Shown: in pieces, positions 19,391-29,353 of the stretch
Numbering within the stretch: position 1 is the first letter of the stretch
Layout of the letters: each line of letters opens with the position of its first letter
Origin: Acidobacteriota bacterium
GTDB lineage: Bacteria > Acidobacteriota > UBA890 > WLXD01
Assembly: GCA_963666055.2 (NCBI GenBank)
Contig: CAXWPH010000015.1
Coordinates: 416,001 to 480,000, forward strand
DNA: 64,000 nucleotides
Reading direction: 5' to 3'
Notes under the pieces: model-generated
The model's input: only the letters and a program-made list of their open reading frames with translations
The model's database searches: none
Told to the model about the DNA's origin: nothing
Program-made: the position numbers and the translations under genes

Positions 19391-20929
19391 ATGCGGAAAG
19401 CGACGTCATGTCGGTGGGCTTGGATAGCGATGGCCGCCCTGTCGACGCTGATCGGGTGTGGCTTGCAACCTCAGGAGCCTCCGCCGCGAGCGTCCTCGTC
19501 GGCGCTCGACGATGGCCTGTTGCGATGGGCGCTGCCGCCGGGAGCCGAGGCCTATGCGGACATCGACGGCAGGCGGCTGCACGAGTACGTGGTAGAGCAG
19601 GCGGCCATCTCACGCCGCTATCGCGACCAGGGACATCCTCGGTTCTGGGGCCGCATCACCGGTACCTCCGGCGACGCTGAGAGCGCCGCGTGGTTGGTCG
19701 CCAAATTAAGGGGGATCGGCTTGTCGGATGTGCACGCCCAACCACTCGACCTGGAGCCACAATGGATGCCACGGTCGTGGGCGGTCACGGTCACGGCAGG
19801 CGGCGAGACGATGGAGCTCGAATCGGCGCAGCCGGCCTACCGAGCGAACCCGACTCCCGCGCAGGGCCTGGATCTCGAAGCCGTGTACGTAGGTCTGGGC
19901 AGCGAGGCAGACTTCGCCGGCCGCGATGTTCGTGGCAAGGCCGTCTTTACCTTCAGGATGCCGTTGTCGAGCTCGGAAGAAGCGTTGCAACGGGCGGATT
20001 CTCGGGGCGCCGCGGCCGTCTTCAACGTCCCCATGCTGCCCGGGAACATGCGCTACCAGGCCTACCCCTCGGGGACCGTTGCGCCCGCGTTTAGCCTGGG
20101 AAGCGACGATGGCTATGCGGTCCGGGAGCTGATTGCACAGGCCTCGGATGGCGAGGCGCCGGGCGTCGCGATCAACCTCGACATCGAGCTGACGGCAGGC
20201 CTCGAAACCGCGCTCGTCTGGGCGACGCTGCCGGGGGCTACCGACGAGACCATCTACATCATGGCGCACCGCGATGGCTGGTTCGATGCTGCCGGCGATA
20301 ATGCCTCAGGGGTCGCCTCGATGATCGGCCTGGCGGAGCATTATGCTGAGATCCCAAGGGCCGAGCGGCGGCGAACGCTGGTGTTCGTCGGTCTGGATGG
20401 GCATCACAACAGCGGCCCTGGCCAAGGCGTCGGCAGAAGGTGGATGGTCGATCACAGAGACGAGCTCTTTGCCAAGGCCGCATTGGTGATCAACCTCGAA
20501 CATCCGTCGACGCTGCAGACGACCGTCCGCCCGCGGTACCACGGCACGGTGCAGACCGCCGACGGTCTGAGCTTTCGGGACAGCGACGAGATCGTCTGGG
20601 CCAACACCTACATGCCGCAGCAATGGTACGCGGGCGGACCCACGCGACCCCAGCTTCAGGCGATCGCCGTGCAGGCATTTCGTGAGTTCGGAGTCAGCAC
20701 CTATCTCGAGCCGAACCCAGTGCCACCGGCCGGTGATCTGGGCCGCTTCTGGCAGTTCGTTCCCGGGCTGGCAACCAGCGAGTTCTACCACTACTTCCAC
20801 TCCGACCTGGAGACGCCGGAGACGGTGCCGTGGACCGGGCTCGAGGCCTCGACACGCGCGCACGCACGGATTATCGACGAGGTGAACAAGCTCGAGCTCA
20901 GCGACCTGCAACGACCGGCAGAGCCCTGA
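19391..20929 (+). CDS. M28-family metallopeptidase lipoprotein with PA domain
   Basis: Lipobox LIGC, then AHRDG, AGDNASG, INLEH and HYFHS. Confidence 0.8.
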   Translation: MRKATSCRWAWIAMAALSTLIGCGLQPQEPPPRASSSALDDGLLRWALPPGAEAYADIDGRRLHEYVVEQAAISRRYRDQGHPRFWGRITGTSGDAESAAWLVAKLRGIGLSDVHAQPLDLEPQWMPRSWAVTVTAGGETMELESAQPAYRANPTPAQGLDLEAVYVGLGSEADFAGRDVRGKAVFTFRMPLSSSEEALQRADSRGAAAVFNVPMLPGNMRYQAYPSGTVAPAFSLGSDDGYAVRELIAQASDGEAPGVAINLDIELTAGLETALVWATLPGATDETIYIMAHRDGWFDAAGDNASGVASMIGLAEHYAEIPRAERRRTLVFVGLDGHHNSGPGQGVGRRWMVDHRDELFAKAALVINLEHPSTLQTTVRPRYHGTVQTADGLSFRDSDEIVWANTYMPQQWYAGGPTRPQLQAIAVQAFREFGVSTYLEPNPVPPAGDLGRFWQFVPGLATSEFYHYFHSDLETPETVPWTGLEASTRAHARIIDEVNKLELSDLQRPAEP

Positions 20930-20961
20930 GATCGATCTCCGTTGAAACAAGGAGCCTGAAG

Positions 20962-21765
20962 ATGCCGATTACTCGCTTCAACGAAAGGAACACTTGTCAC
21001 GCTCGGCGCCGAAACCGGACCCACGCGACCGCCAGACTCCTCGGCCGTGCGATGGTTGCCGCCCTTATCGCCGGGATACCGGCGATCGGTATCGCCGCGC
21101 AGCAGGTGGGCGTGTTCTACCCCGACATCCCCGGTGAGCTGTTGCTCGAGAACGAGTACGTCATCGTGCAGAGGTTCATCATCGAGCCGGGGCAGTGGGA
21201 GGGGATTCACTCCCATCCGGGCAACCAGATCGCGGTGCGCGTCAAAGGCGGCCTTTGGGCCGGACGCCGCGGTGGCCGCGAGGTGTACAGGATGACCGAG
21301 CCTTTGAAGGATGGCTCGGTCGGATGGATGGAGGCCATCGATATCTCCGAACAGCACGACTCGGGCAACGTCGGAGATACGCCAATCGACCTCATCTGGA
21401 TCACCCTGAAGTCCTGTGAGCCGGGGTCGAACCACGACGTCGGTCAGTTCTATCCGAACGTTCCGGGCGAAGTACTCCTCGAGAACGAGCGCGTCGTCGT
21501 GCAGCGGTTCGTTACCCAGCCAGGCCAGTGGCAGGGAGTCCATTCCCACCCTGGCAACCAGGTCTTCGTCCACACAAGGGGCGGCGAATGGACCATCCGC
21601 AGGGGTGCGCGCGAGACCGTTTCGGATGCCGAGACCGGCTCGGCTGGCTGGTGGGAACGCGTCGATATGAGCGAAGAGCACGATACCGCCAACAGCGGCG
21701 ATACTCCCATCGAGCACATCTTGGTCAACCTCAAGCCGTGCGGATCACTCGACAGCGGCAACTAG
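20962..21765 (+). CDS. Secreted tandem-duplicated cupin (paralogue of 5068-5991)
   Basis: AAGGAG RBS, a signal-like helix, and two FYP.(I/V)PGE.LLEN…PGQW.G.HSHPGNQ units. Confidence 0.8.
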   Translation: MPITRFNERNTCHARRRNRTHATARLLGRAMVAALIAGIPAIGIAAQQVGVFYPDIPGELLLENEYVIVQRFIIEPGQWEGIHSHPGNQIAVRVKGGLWAGRRGGREVYRMTEPLKDGSVGWMEAIDISEQHDSGNVGDTPIDLIWITLKSCEPGSNHDVGQFYPNVPGEVLLENERVVVQRFVTQPGQWQGVHSHPGNQVFVHTRGGEWTIRRGARETVSDAETGSAGWWERVDMSEEHDTANSGDTPIEHILVNLKPCGSLDSGN

Positions 21766-21913
21766 CGGATCGATCAACGTCGCTGTCAGCCTTCCTGTGC
21801 CGATGGACCCGTTGCGTCTTGAGCCGAGTCTCGCGAGCCTGCCCAACCTCTCCCTTGGATCCTCGCACGCTCCGGCGATAGGCTTCAGGCGCTGACCCCC
21901 CTCTGGGAACGCT

Positions 21914-24631
21914 ATGGAACCCGGTACCCGATTAGGCCACTACGAGATCCTTGCTCCGCTTGGTGCGGGCGGCATGGGCGAGGTGTACCGCGCTCGCGAC
22001 ACGACGCTCGAGCGCGATGTGGCCGTCAAGGTACTGGCCGCTGAGTTTGTTGCCGACCCCAGCTATCTGGCTCGGCTAGAGCGAGAGGCAAAGCTTCTGG
22101 CGGGGCTCAACCATCCGAACATCGCGACAATCCACAGCCTCGAGCAGGCCGCGGGCAGGCGCTTCCTCGTGCTCGAGCTGGTCGAAGGGGAATCACTCCG
22201 CCAGCGGCTCGCCAACGGACCCCTGCCGGTCGACAAGGCGCTCGATCTGTGCGTGCAGATCGCCCAGGGCCTGGAAGCCGCCCACGGTGCGGGCATCGTT
22301 CACCGTGACCTCAAGCCTGACAACGTGCTCATCACACCTCAGGGGCGCGCCAAGCTGCTCGATTTCGGTATCGCCAAGAGCACGGAGGTCAGTCCGGAGC
22401 TCACCGAGACAGCCCGGGCAACCGACCTGACCGTAGCAGGAACGCTCGTCGGGACACCTCCCTATATGAGTCCCGAACAAATACGCGGCGAGGCAATCGA
22501 CAAGCGCGCCGATATCTGGGCCTTCGGCTGCCTGTTGTACGAAACCCTGACAGCAACGCGTGCTTTTGCGCGTGAGACGCTGGCCGACACTCTCGCGGCG
22601 ATCGTGGATCGGGAGCCGGACTGGACCTGCCTCCCGAACTCTGTGCCCCCGCTAGCACGATCCGTGATGCAGAGATGCCTGCGGAAGGAGCGGAGCCAGC
22701 GGCTCCATGACATCGCCGATGCCCGGATCGACATCCAAGAGGCGCTAGCGGAACCCGGCGGCGACGCACACCGCGGCCGTCCCGAGACCGTCGCAACCAC
22801 CGTGCCTGACCGGCAAAGCGCCACTCGCATCGTCGGCGTCGTCATGGTGCTGGCGGCGGTGCTCCTGGGCGCCCTCGTCGGTTCACGATTCACCCGCCCG
22901 GAGCCAGGAGCTGTAGAGCGTTTCGTCCTCACAGCGCCGCCGAGCGAAACCGCGGCGACCGACAGAAACACTACAGATCTCGCCGTCTCCCCTGATGGCA
23001 CGCGCGTCGTCTATCGGTCGGCGCTGCAAGACAGCCTCTATTTGCGCGCTGTGGACCAGCTCCAAGGTGCCCTGTTGCGAGACACCGAGAGCGGCGCGGC
23101 CCCGTTTTTCTCCCCCGACGGCAACTGGGTGGGCTTCCGTTCTCGGGATCGTCAGGCGCTGATGAAGGCACCCGTGCTCGGTGGGCCCGCTCAGACCATC
23201 TGCCCTCTGTTATCTGAGCTGCGCGGCGCCAGCTGGGGAGCCGATGGCACCATCATATTTGCGGAGCGCGCCAGCGGCGGACTGCTGCGTGTCTCGGCTG
23301 CCGGCGGAGAGCCCGAAGTGTTGACCGTGCCCGATGCGGCAGCCGGCGAGATTTTCCACCGCTGGCCGCAGATCTTGCCGGGTGGCGAGGCAGTGCTCTA
23401 CACCAGCTCGCGTGGTGGCAGGACCGAGGACAGAAGTATCGCGCTGTTGACCCTGGCGACCGGAGATCACCTGTCCCTGGTTCCTCTGGGCAGCAATCCG
23501 CACTACTCGGCGACGGGACACATCGTCTTTGGCCTCGAGGGAACGTTGCGCGCCGTGCGCTTTGATCTCGGTCGGCTCGAGGTCACGGATGAGCCCGTTC
23601 GAGTGCTGGAAGACGTAATGACCAAGAGTGGAACAAGGGGCCGAGCGGGGCGCCAGGCCGGCGCGGCGAACTTCGCTCTGGCCAACAACGGATCGCTCGT
23701 CTACATATCGAGCGACGCCCAAACCCCGAAACGGACATTGGTGTGGGTAGACCGTCAGGGACAAGAGGAGGCTCTGTCTGCAGACCCGCGGATGTACCAG
23801 ATAGCTCGCATCTCACCGGATGGAACAGTCGTGGCGCTTGATTCGCGCGATGAGGAAAACGACATCTGGATCTGGAGCCTGCTCAGCCATGGACCTTTGG
23901 CGAGGCTTACATTCGACCGCACTCCCGACTTCGCTCCCGCCTGGGCTCCGGATGGGCGGGTGTTGTTCAGTTCGCGCCGTCATGGACCCGCCCAGATATT
24001 CGCGCGTTCTCCGGACGGTAGTGGCACCGCGGAGCAGCTGACCGATCTTCCGAACGACCTGTATCTCGACGACGTTTCGCCAGACGGCGGATCCATTTTG
24101 GCCCGCGTCCTGAGGGCTGACACGGGGTGGGATATCGTCCTCGTGACGCTGGGTGACGAGGGTTCGATTGACCGTCTGGTGGAGAGTCCTGCCCAAGAGA
24201 GGTACCCGAGATTCTCACCCGATGGCCGCTGGCTCGCCTATCAATCCGACGAATCGGGCCAGGACGAGATCTACGTGGTTCCGTTTCCTGACGTCGACGG
24301 TGGCAAGAGAGAAGTTTCGCACGGCGGCGGCATGAGCCCGGTGTGGAATCCGCAGGGCGGCGAGCTCTTCTATCGCGCTCTGGATGGGCGTGTGATGGCC
24401 GTTCCGATCGTCGCCGAGGGCACCACGCTGACATTCGGGAGCGCCGAGGTCCTGTGGGACAACTCCTACTACCTGGGCTTGGGACGATCGTACGACGTCG
24501 CTGAAGACGGCGAGCGGTTGCTGATGATCAAAGATGATCCTTCGCTGGCGGCGCGCCGAGGTGCGGCCGACATCGTGATCGTGCGCAACTGGTTCGAGCA
24601 GCTGAAGCGTCTCGTGCCGACGGGCCCGTAG
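21914..24631 (+). CDS. Intact Ser/Thr kinase + TM + TolB/PD40-like β-propellers
   Basis: HRDLKPDN, DFG and GTPPYMSPE, a TM helix, SPDG blades and the NWFEQLKRLVP tail. Confidence 0.9.
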   Translation: MEPGTRLGHYEILAPLGAGGMGEVYRARDTTLERDVAVKVLAAEFVADPSYLARLEREAKLLAGLNHPNIATIHSLEQAAGRRFLVLELVEGESLRQRLANGPLPVDKALDLCVQIAQGLEAAHGAGIVHRDLKPDNVLITPQGRAKLLDFGIAKSTEVSPELTETARATDLTVAGTLVGTPPYMSPEQIRGEAIDKRADIWAFGCLLYETLTATRAFARETLADTLAAIVDREPDWTCLPNSVPPLARSVMQRCLRKERSQRLHDIADARIDIQEALAEPGGDAHRGRPETVATTVPDRQSATRIVGVVMVLAAVLLGALVGSRFTRPEPGAVERFVLTAPPSETAATDRNTTDLAVSPDGTRVVYRSALQDSLYLRAVDQLQGALLRDTESGAAPFFSPDGNWVGFRSRDRQALMKAPVLGGPAQTICPLLSELRGASWGADGTIIFAERASGGLLRVSAAGGEPEVLTVPDAAAGEIFHRWPQILPGGEAVLYTSSRGGRTEDRSIALLTLATGDHLSLVPLGSNPHYSATGHIVFGLEGTLRAVRFDLGRLEVTDEPVRVLEDVMTKSGTRGRAGRQAGAANFALANNGSLVYISSDAQTPKRTLVWVDRQGQEEALSADPRMYQIARISPDGTVVALDSRDEENDIWIWSLLSHGPLARLTFDRTPDFAPAWAPDGRVLFSSRRHGPAQIFARSPDGSGTAEQLTDLPNDLYLDDVSPDGGSILARVLRADTGWDIVLVTLGDEGSIDRLVESPAQERYPRFSPDGRWLAYQSDESGQDEIYVVPFPDVDGGKREVSHGGGMSPVWNPQGGELFYRALDGRVMAVPIVAEGTTLTFGSAEVLWDNSYYLGLGRSYDVAEDGERLLMIKDDPSLAARRGAADIVIVRNWFEQLKRLVPTGP

Positions 24632-24827
24632 CGTTCCCAGCCGAGTCTCGGGAGTGGTACGCCGACTCCCGCGTTGCGCAGGCCGCTGAATCTGGAGCCA
24701 TCCAACCAGATATTTGACTGCCACCGTTACGCTGCGAGGGCGCGCATGCTCCTTCTCATTCGAGGTGCCCGACAGCGATGGGGTTCGCGTGGACCTCGGC
24801 GAGATCGTCTGCCGCCTGGAGCGCTAG

Positions 24828-24849
24828 CAGGCCGTGGTGAAAGTGTGGG
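24828..24849 (+). mobile_element. Solo MITE/IS terminal repeat
   Basis: CTAG followed by CAGGCCGTGGTGAAAGTGTGG, identical to the TIR of copy 2, then unrelated sequence. Confidence 0.75.
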
Positions 24850-25145
24850 GGTGCTCAACGTTCATCGGCGCTTACGCCACGCACCAGTAAGCAAGCATAG
24901 ACTTAGTTCCCCTCGCAGATCTGCGTAGGACCAACGGTCGTGTAAGCTCCCGCGGTTACGTCGCTCCGGCGCCATTTGCTATGGGTCACAATGCCAGCCA
25001 GGACACTCCAACCAGGCTCAGGACTTAGTGGGTGCGAGCCCGTCGGGGTCCAAGTTGCTCCCTGGGCGCACCATGCCGGATCGAGCGGCACCCCGTGGCT
25101 GTTGTCGCGGCTCTCGGGGCCAGCGCGAGCTTGTCGGTAGGCAGC

Positions 25146-26114
25146 ATGCGGCGCCGACTCGACCTCACCCTCCGCCTCGGCGTCAGCTTCGGCCTCGTCG
25201 CCTTCGTGCTCTGGCGCGCCGGCCTCGGCGACGTGGTCGCCATTCTGGGACGCATCTCGCTGGCAGGAGGCGTCGTCGTGATCCTGCTACACACGGGCGA
25301 TCGTTTGCTGATGGCCTACAAATGGCGCCGGTTGCTGCTCGCCAAGGGCGTCGACGTCGGGTTTGGCGAAGCCACCCGTGCGTACTACGTTGCGTCGTTC
25401 GCGAGCATCTTCCTACCCATGACGGTGGGCGCCGACATCGTGCGCGTCACCGTCATGCGCGGCAGCCGTGCCAGCACCGAGACGGTGATCGCCTCCATCG
25501 CGCTGGAGCGCGCCCTGGGTGCGCTGTCACAGGCGGTATTCTGCGCCTTCAGCGTGGCGCTCATCGTCGCGCTCCAGATGCAGGTACCGGTCGAGAGCTC
25601 GACGTTGACAATCGTCGCGGCCGCGGCAGTGCTGGTGCTCAGCTTGAGCTTGCCAATGTCATTCAAGATCGCCGCCAGCGCCCAGGCGCGGCTCAGCCAA
25701 CGTTCTGGTTTGAGCGGCAAGCTCGGTGTCCTGGCTGGCGAATACGCGAGCTGGCAAGATCACCCGCGCGAGATATGGATCTTCCTGCTGCTCACGCTCC
25801 TGGAAGGCCTCTTCCCGATCGTCACCTACCTGGCAGCGGCAGCCGCGCTCGATGTACCGACCACCGCCGTCGAGATGGCGGCGATCGTTCCGGTCGTTTA
25901 TCTGGTGGCACGGCTCCCGATCTCGGCGGCCGGCGTCGGCGTCGAGCAGGGAGGCTTTGCCTATGCGGCCACTTGGCTCGGGGTGATGGCGCACGCCCCA
26001 GCAGCGGCGATCTCGTTCTTGGTATCGCCGATCACGTTATTGATCGCGCTGCTTCCTGGCCTTGCCGCGTGGATCAGAGCGCGCCGCTCGAGCGCCACGG
26101 CCTGCCGGCACTAG
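25146..26114 (+). CDS. Lysylphosphatidylglycerol-synthase TM / flippase-like membrane protein
   Basis: Multi-TM protein with motifs KWRRLL, F.SIFLP..VGAD.VR, IALER and LPIS.AG.GV.QG. Confidence 0.75.
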   Translation: MRRRLDLTLRLGVSFGLVAFVLWRAGLGDVVAILGRISLAGGVVVILLHTGDRLLMAYKWRRLLLAKGVDVGFGEATRAYYVASFASIFLPMTVGADIVRVTVMRGSRASTETVIASIALERALGALSQAVFCAFSVALIVALQMQVPVESSTLTIVAAAAVLVLSLSLPMSFKIAASAQARLSQRSGLSGKLGVLAGEYASWQDHPREIWIFLLLTLLEGLFPIVTYLAAAAALDVPTTAVEMAAIVPVVYLVARLPISAAGVGVEQGGFAYAATWLGVMAHAPAAAISFLVSPITLLIALLPGLAAWIRARRSSATACRH

Positions 26115-26620
26115 CCCTCGGCGGCCGCGCCCTGCGTTCCCATCATATGGCGGACGTAGTGCTCCACCTGCAGGACGTTCTGTGACATCTCGATCACATC
26201 GATCAGCTTGCCGAACGAGGCCTCTTCTTCGACCTGCTCGGTGACGAACCACTGCAGGAACTGAAACGTGGCGTAGTCTTTCTTGCCCTGGGCAATATGG
26301 ACGAGCTCGTGGATCGCTCGAGTCACTGCCTGCTCCTGCCTGAGCGACGTCTTGAAGACATCGGTGACCGACGTGTAGCTTGCCTTCGGACGAGTCAACG
26401 CCGGGATCGATGGCGTTTTCCCGACTTCCTGAAGATAGGACACCAGTTTCATGGCGTGGCCTCGCTCCTCTCCGGCCTGTCGGTGAAAGAATGCCGCCAG
26501 GTACTCGAGGCTGCGGCCCTCCAGATACACGGCCATCGCGAGGTAGTTGTGGCTTGCCTGCAGTTCTCGCGCCACCTGCGCATTGAGCGCCTTTTCCATC
26601 GCCGCCGTGACCTTCGCCAT
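26111..26620 (-). CDS. ftnA: Non-heme ferritin
   Basis: LN.Q…EL.AS..YLAMA, EE..HAMKL, E..VT..I..L and FLQWFV.EQ.EEE. Confidence 0.9.
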   Translation of the reverse strand: MAKVTAAMEKALNAQVARELQASHNYLAMAVYLEGRSLEYLAAFFHRQAGEERGHAMKLVSYLQEVGKTPSIPALTRPKASYTSVTDVFKTSLRQEQAVTRAIHELVHIAQGKKDYATFQFLQWFVTEQVEEEASFGKLIDVIEMSQNVLQVEHYVRHMMGTQGAAAEG

Positions 26621-26840
26621 CTCTTCGACCCCCTCGCAGTTGACTCGAACCCGTGACGTCATTCTAGTGGCCAGGGTCGTGGGGCGCGCGCCATGCGACC
26701 TATCGCTCGCCGCAGCCGCCAACTATCCTAGGCGAGCGTCAAACCGATTCGGCGTACTCCAACATTGGCTGGATGCCTTGGTGCGCTCCGCCGCCGTCGC
26801 CGCGAATCGATCTACCGGATCCCCATCAAGGAGAGCTGCG

Positions 26841-27647
26841 ATGTATCGTTCCCGCTCCGCTTGCCTGAGCCTCCTCGTCATCGGCATGTTGACCGTCGGC
26901 TGCAGCGGAGGCGGCGAGCCACCGGCCGAGCCGGTCGACGCCGCCGAACCTGAACCCGTTTCGGTGCTGGATCATCCGGCTCGCAGCGAAGACGATCACT
27001 ACCGCGACGCTGGCTTCAAGCCACTCGAAGTCTACGAGTTCTTCGACATCGGCCCGGGCACGACGGTGGGCGACCTGTGGCCTGGCGGCGGTTACAACAC
27101 GGCAATACTGGCGCAGCTCGTCGGTGACGACGGCCGCGTCGTGGCAATTCTGGGGCCGGAACCCGCCGATCCGGAGCGCGTCGCTCGAAGCCGTGAGCGT
27201 TTCGCAGGGCGCCTGGACCCGTTCGGGTTCGCCAACCTCGAGGTCGTCGCCGACCCGACGGAGGTGCCGGAAAACACCCTCGACGTGCTGCTGACGGTTC
27301 GCAACTACCATGACCTCGGCGACGCACCGGACCGCCTCGCGGCCCTGCCTGCGTTCATGCGCGTGCTCAAGCCGGGAGGAATCTTCGCCGTCGTCGACGC
27401 CCAGACCGACAAGCCCGACGAGCGTGACGAACCGGTTCATCGCATCAACGATGAGCTGTCGCGCCAGGAGATCACCTCGGCCGGTTTCGAGTTTGTCGAG
27501 GCTTCGGACGTGCTTCTGAACCCCGATGACACGTACGATTTCGATGGACGCGAACGCGCCGGGGAAGATGGTGCCGAAGCCGATGCCCCGATTCACCGGT
27601 ACTACCTGCACCGTTTCGTTCATAAGTACCGCAAGCCGGTCGAGTAA
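26841..27647 (+). CDS. Lipoprotein with class I SAM-methyltransferase fold (COG4798-like)
   Basis: Lipobox TVGC, then D.WPGGGY.T, VRNYHD, LKPGG…VD, HRI and LLNPDD. Confidence 0.75.
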   Translation: MYRSRSACLSLLVIGMLTVGCSGGGEPPAEPVDAAEPEPVSVLDHPARSEDDHYRDAGFKPLEVYEFFDIGPGTTVGDLWPGGGYNTAILAQLVGDDGRVVAILGPEPADPERVARSRERFAGRLDPFGFANLEVVADPTEVPENTLDVLLTVRNYHDLGDAPDRLAALPAFMRVLKPGGIFAVVDAQTDKPDERDEPVHRINDELSRQEITSAGFEFVEASDVLLNPDDTYDFDGRERAGEDGAEADAPIHRYYLHRFVHKYRKPVE

Positions 27648-27735
27648 CTGTTTGCCTCGGGCAGTCCGGCATCGCGGGTGGTGAGCGTCTGACGACTCGC
27701 GGCTCTCGACGCCGCCTCAATAGGGAGAACACAGG

Positions 27736-28515
27736 ATGTACAAACCAACCTACCGTTGGACACTGGCGCTGGCGCTAATCGGGGGCCTTGCCACGATCGG
27801 CTGCGGGGCCACCGAGCCGGCTGCCGAGGCGCCTCCCGTGGAGGAGCCGGCAGATCCGGTGCCCGCGGGACTCGACCGGGGCGTCTTGGCTGATGCGGCC
27901 CGCCCTGAGGAAGAGGTCGCGCAGGACGAGTATCGCAAGGCCATCGACGTGTACGAGTTCTTCGGCATCGAGCCCGGCATGACGGTTGCCGACGTGTGGC
28001 CGGGAGCCGGCTACAACACGCACCTGCTGTCGCGACTCATGGGCGACGAGGGCACGGTGTACGCGGTGATGGAATTTTACGCCGACGGAGAGTTCGCCAC
28101 GCTCGACGCGCTCACCGAGCGCATCGAGGCCAGCGGGCTCAGCAACGTGCAGGTGGTGACGAACATCCCCGACGTTCCGGCGGGAAGCCTCGACGTAGCG
28201 GTGGCGGTCCGTAACTACCACGATGCTGAACAGTTCGGCAACGGCCGCCAGGCTACTGTCGCCCAGTTGCTGGACGTCATGAAATCCGGCGGCATCGTCG
28301 GTATCGTCGAGGTCGCGACCCCACACGAAGGTTGGCACGAGGACACCCACCGCCTGAACGAACAGACGGTGATCGACGAGTTCACGGCGGGCGGATTCGA
28401 GCTCGCCGGGAGCTCGGATATCCTCCGCAACCCCGACGACGACCACACTACAGCCGGCTTCGCGGACGGGCGTTACAAGACGGACCGCTACGTGCTCAAG
28501 TTCCGTAAGCCTTAG
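27736..28515 (+). CDS. Lipoprotein with class I SAM-methyltransferase fold (paralogue)
   Basis: Lipobox TIGC, then DVWPGAGY.T, VRNYHD, LRNPDD and TDRYVLKFRKP. Confidence 0.75.
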   Translation: MYKPTYRWTLALALIGGLATIGCGATEPAAEAPPVEEPADPVPAGLDRGVLADAARPEEEVAQDEYRKAIDVYEFFGIEPGMTVADVWPGAGYNTHLLSRLMGDEGTVYAVMEFYADGEFATLDALTERIEASGLSNVQVVTNIPDVPAGSLDVAVAVRNYHDAEQFGNGRQATVAQLLDVMKSGGIVGIVEVATPHEGWHEDTHRLNEQTVIDEFTAGGFELAGSSDILRNPDDDHTTAGFADGRYKTDRYVLKFRKP

Positions 28516-28563
28516 GCCGCCGCCTCGATGAATTGAGGCAGGCCAAACGCGGTCCCGACATCG

Positions 28564-28597
28564 AGGGCGGCCGGTCGACGATCGGTCGCCCTTGTTG
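28564..28597 (+). terminator. Hairpin / probable intrinsic terminator between convergent genes
   Basis: AGGGCGGCCGGTC-GAC-GATCGGTCGCCCT followed by TGTT. Confidence 0.55.
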
Positions 28598-28632
28598 CAT
28601 CCAGGCGCGTCTCGTCGCCAACCGCCGAGCCT

Positions 28633-29244
28633 TCAGGCGGCTTGCTCCACCGGATCCTCTGGCTCCTCCGACGGCTTCTCGACCGGCAAACCGGCGTGCA
28701 GCTTCAGCAGCACTTCCGCGTAAGCGCGCAGATCGGCCGTGGGGGCCTTCCCCGCACTGATCTGCTGGAGCCGGGCCATCACCGTCTTGAGCGCTATCTC
28801 AGCACCTTCCTCGGGCTCGATGACGACCAACCCCTCCGCCGGCGAGCCGCCCAGACCCAGGCGCGACAACCGCGGTGGGGTGAGCAGGTAGGCGAGCGTC
28901 TGGGGATGTACGCGAAAGTCCCGACGGCGTTGTGCAGGGGCTGCGTAGCTGCGCTTGCCGGTGTAGAAAGTTGCTGCCGAGGGGGGTGAATAGACGATGT
29001 ACGCGCCGGGCACCTGATCGGCGAGATGCTCGCCGAGCCGGTTCGACACCACCATACGCGCAACCTGATACGCCCGGCGGCGGTCAACACCCGCGACGAT
29101 GCCATACCGCGCCGTTTCTTGCTCGGTGTCGCGCAGCAGCTCGTTGACCGCGCCGCGCCAAGGACTCAGCGGCGAATAGGTATGGCGGAAGTAACGCAGC
29201 TGATCCAAGCCGCGTCGCAGTGCGCAGAGAAAATCGCTCAGCAT
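28633..29244 (-). CDS. Hypothetical protein
   Basis: A long ORF fills the gap between the convergent and divergent neighbours. No motif was recognised and the start is uncertain. Confidence 0.5.
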   Translation of the reverse strand: MLSDFLCALRRGLDQLRYFRHTYSPLSPWRGAVNELLRDTEQETARYGIVAGVDRRRAYQVARMVVSNRLGEHLADQVPGAYIVYSPPSAATFYTGKRSYAAPAQRRRDFRVHPQTLAYLLTPPRLSRLGLGGSPAEGLVVIEPEEGAEIALKTVMARLQQISAGKAPTADLRAYAEVLLKLHAGLPVEKPSEEPEDPVEQAA

Positions 29245-29353
29245 CGCCTCGCTCCCGATCGCTCGGCTGGCTGCGGGCGCGGTGTCGCGCCAGGCTGCGG
29301 CCAGTATACGGCGGCGGAGCGAACCGTGCAGCGACCTGCTAGTGTCCCGCCTC

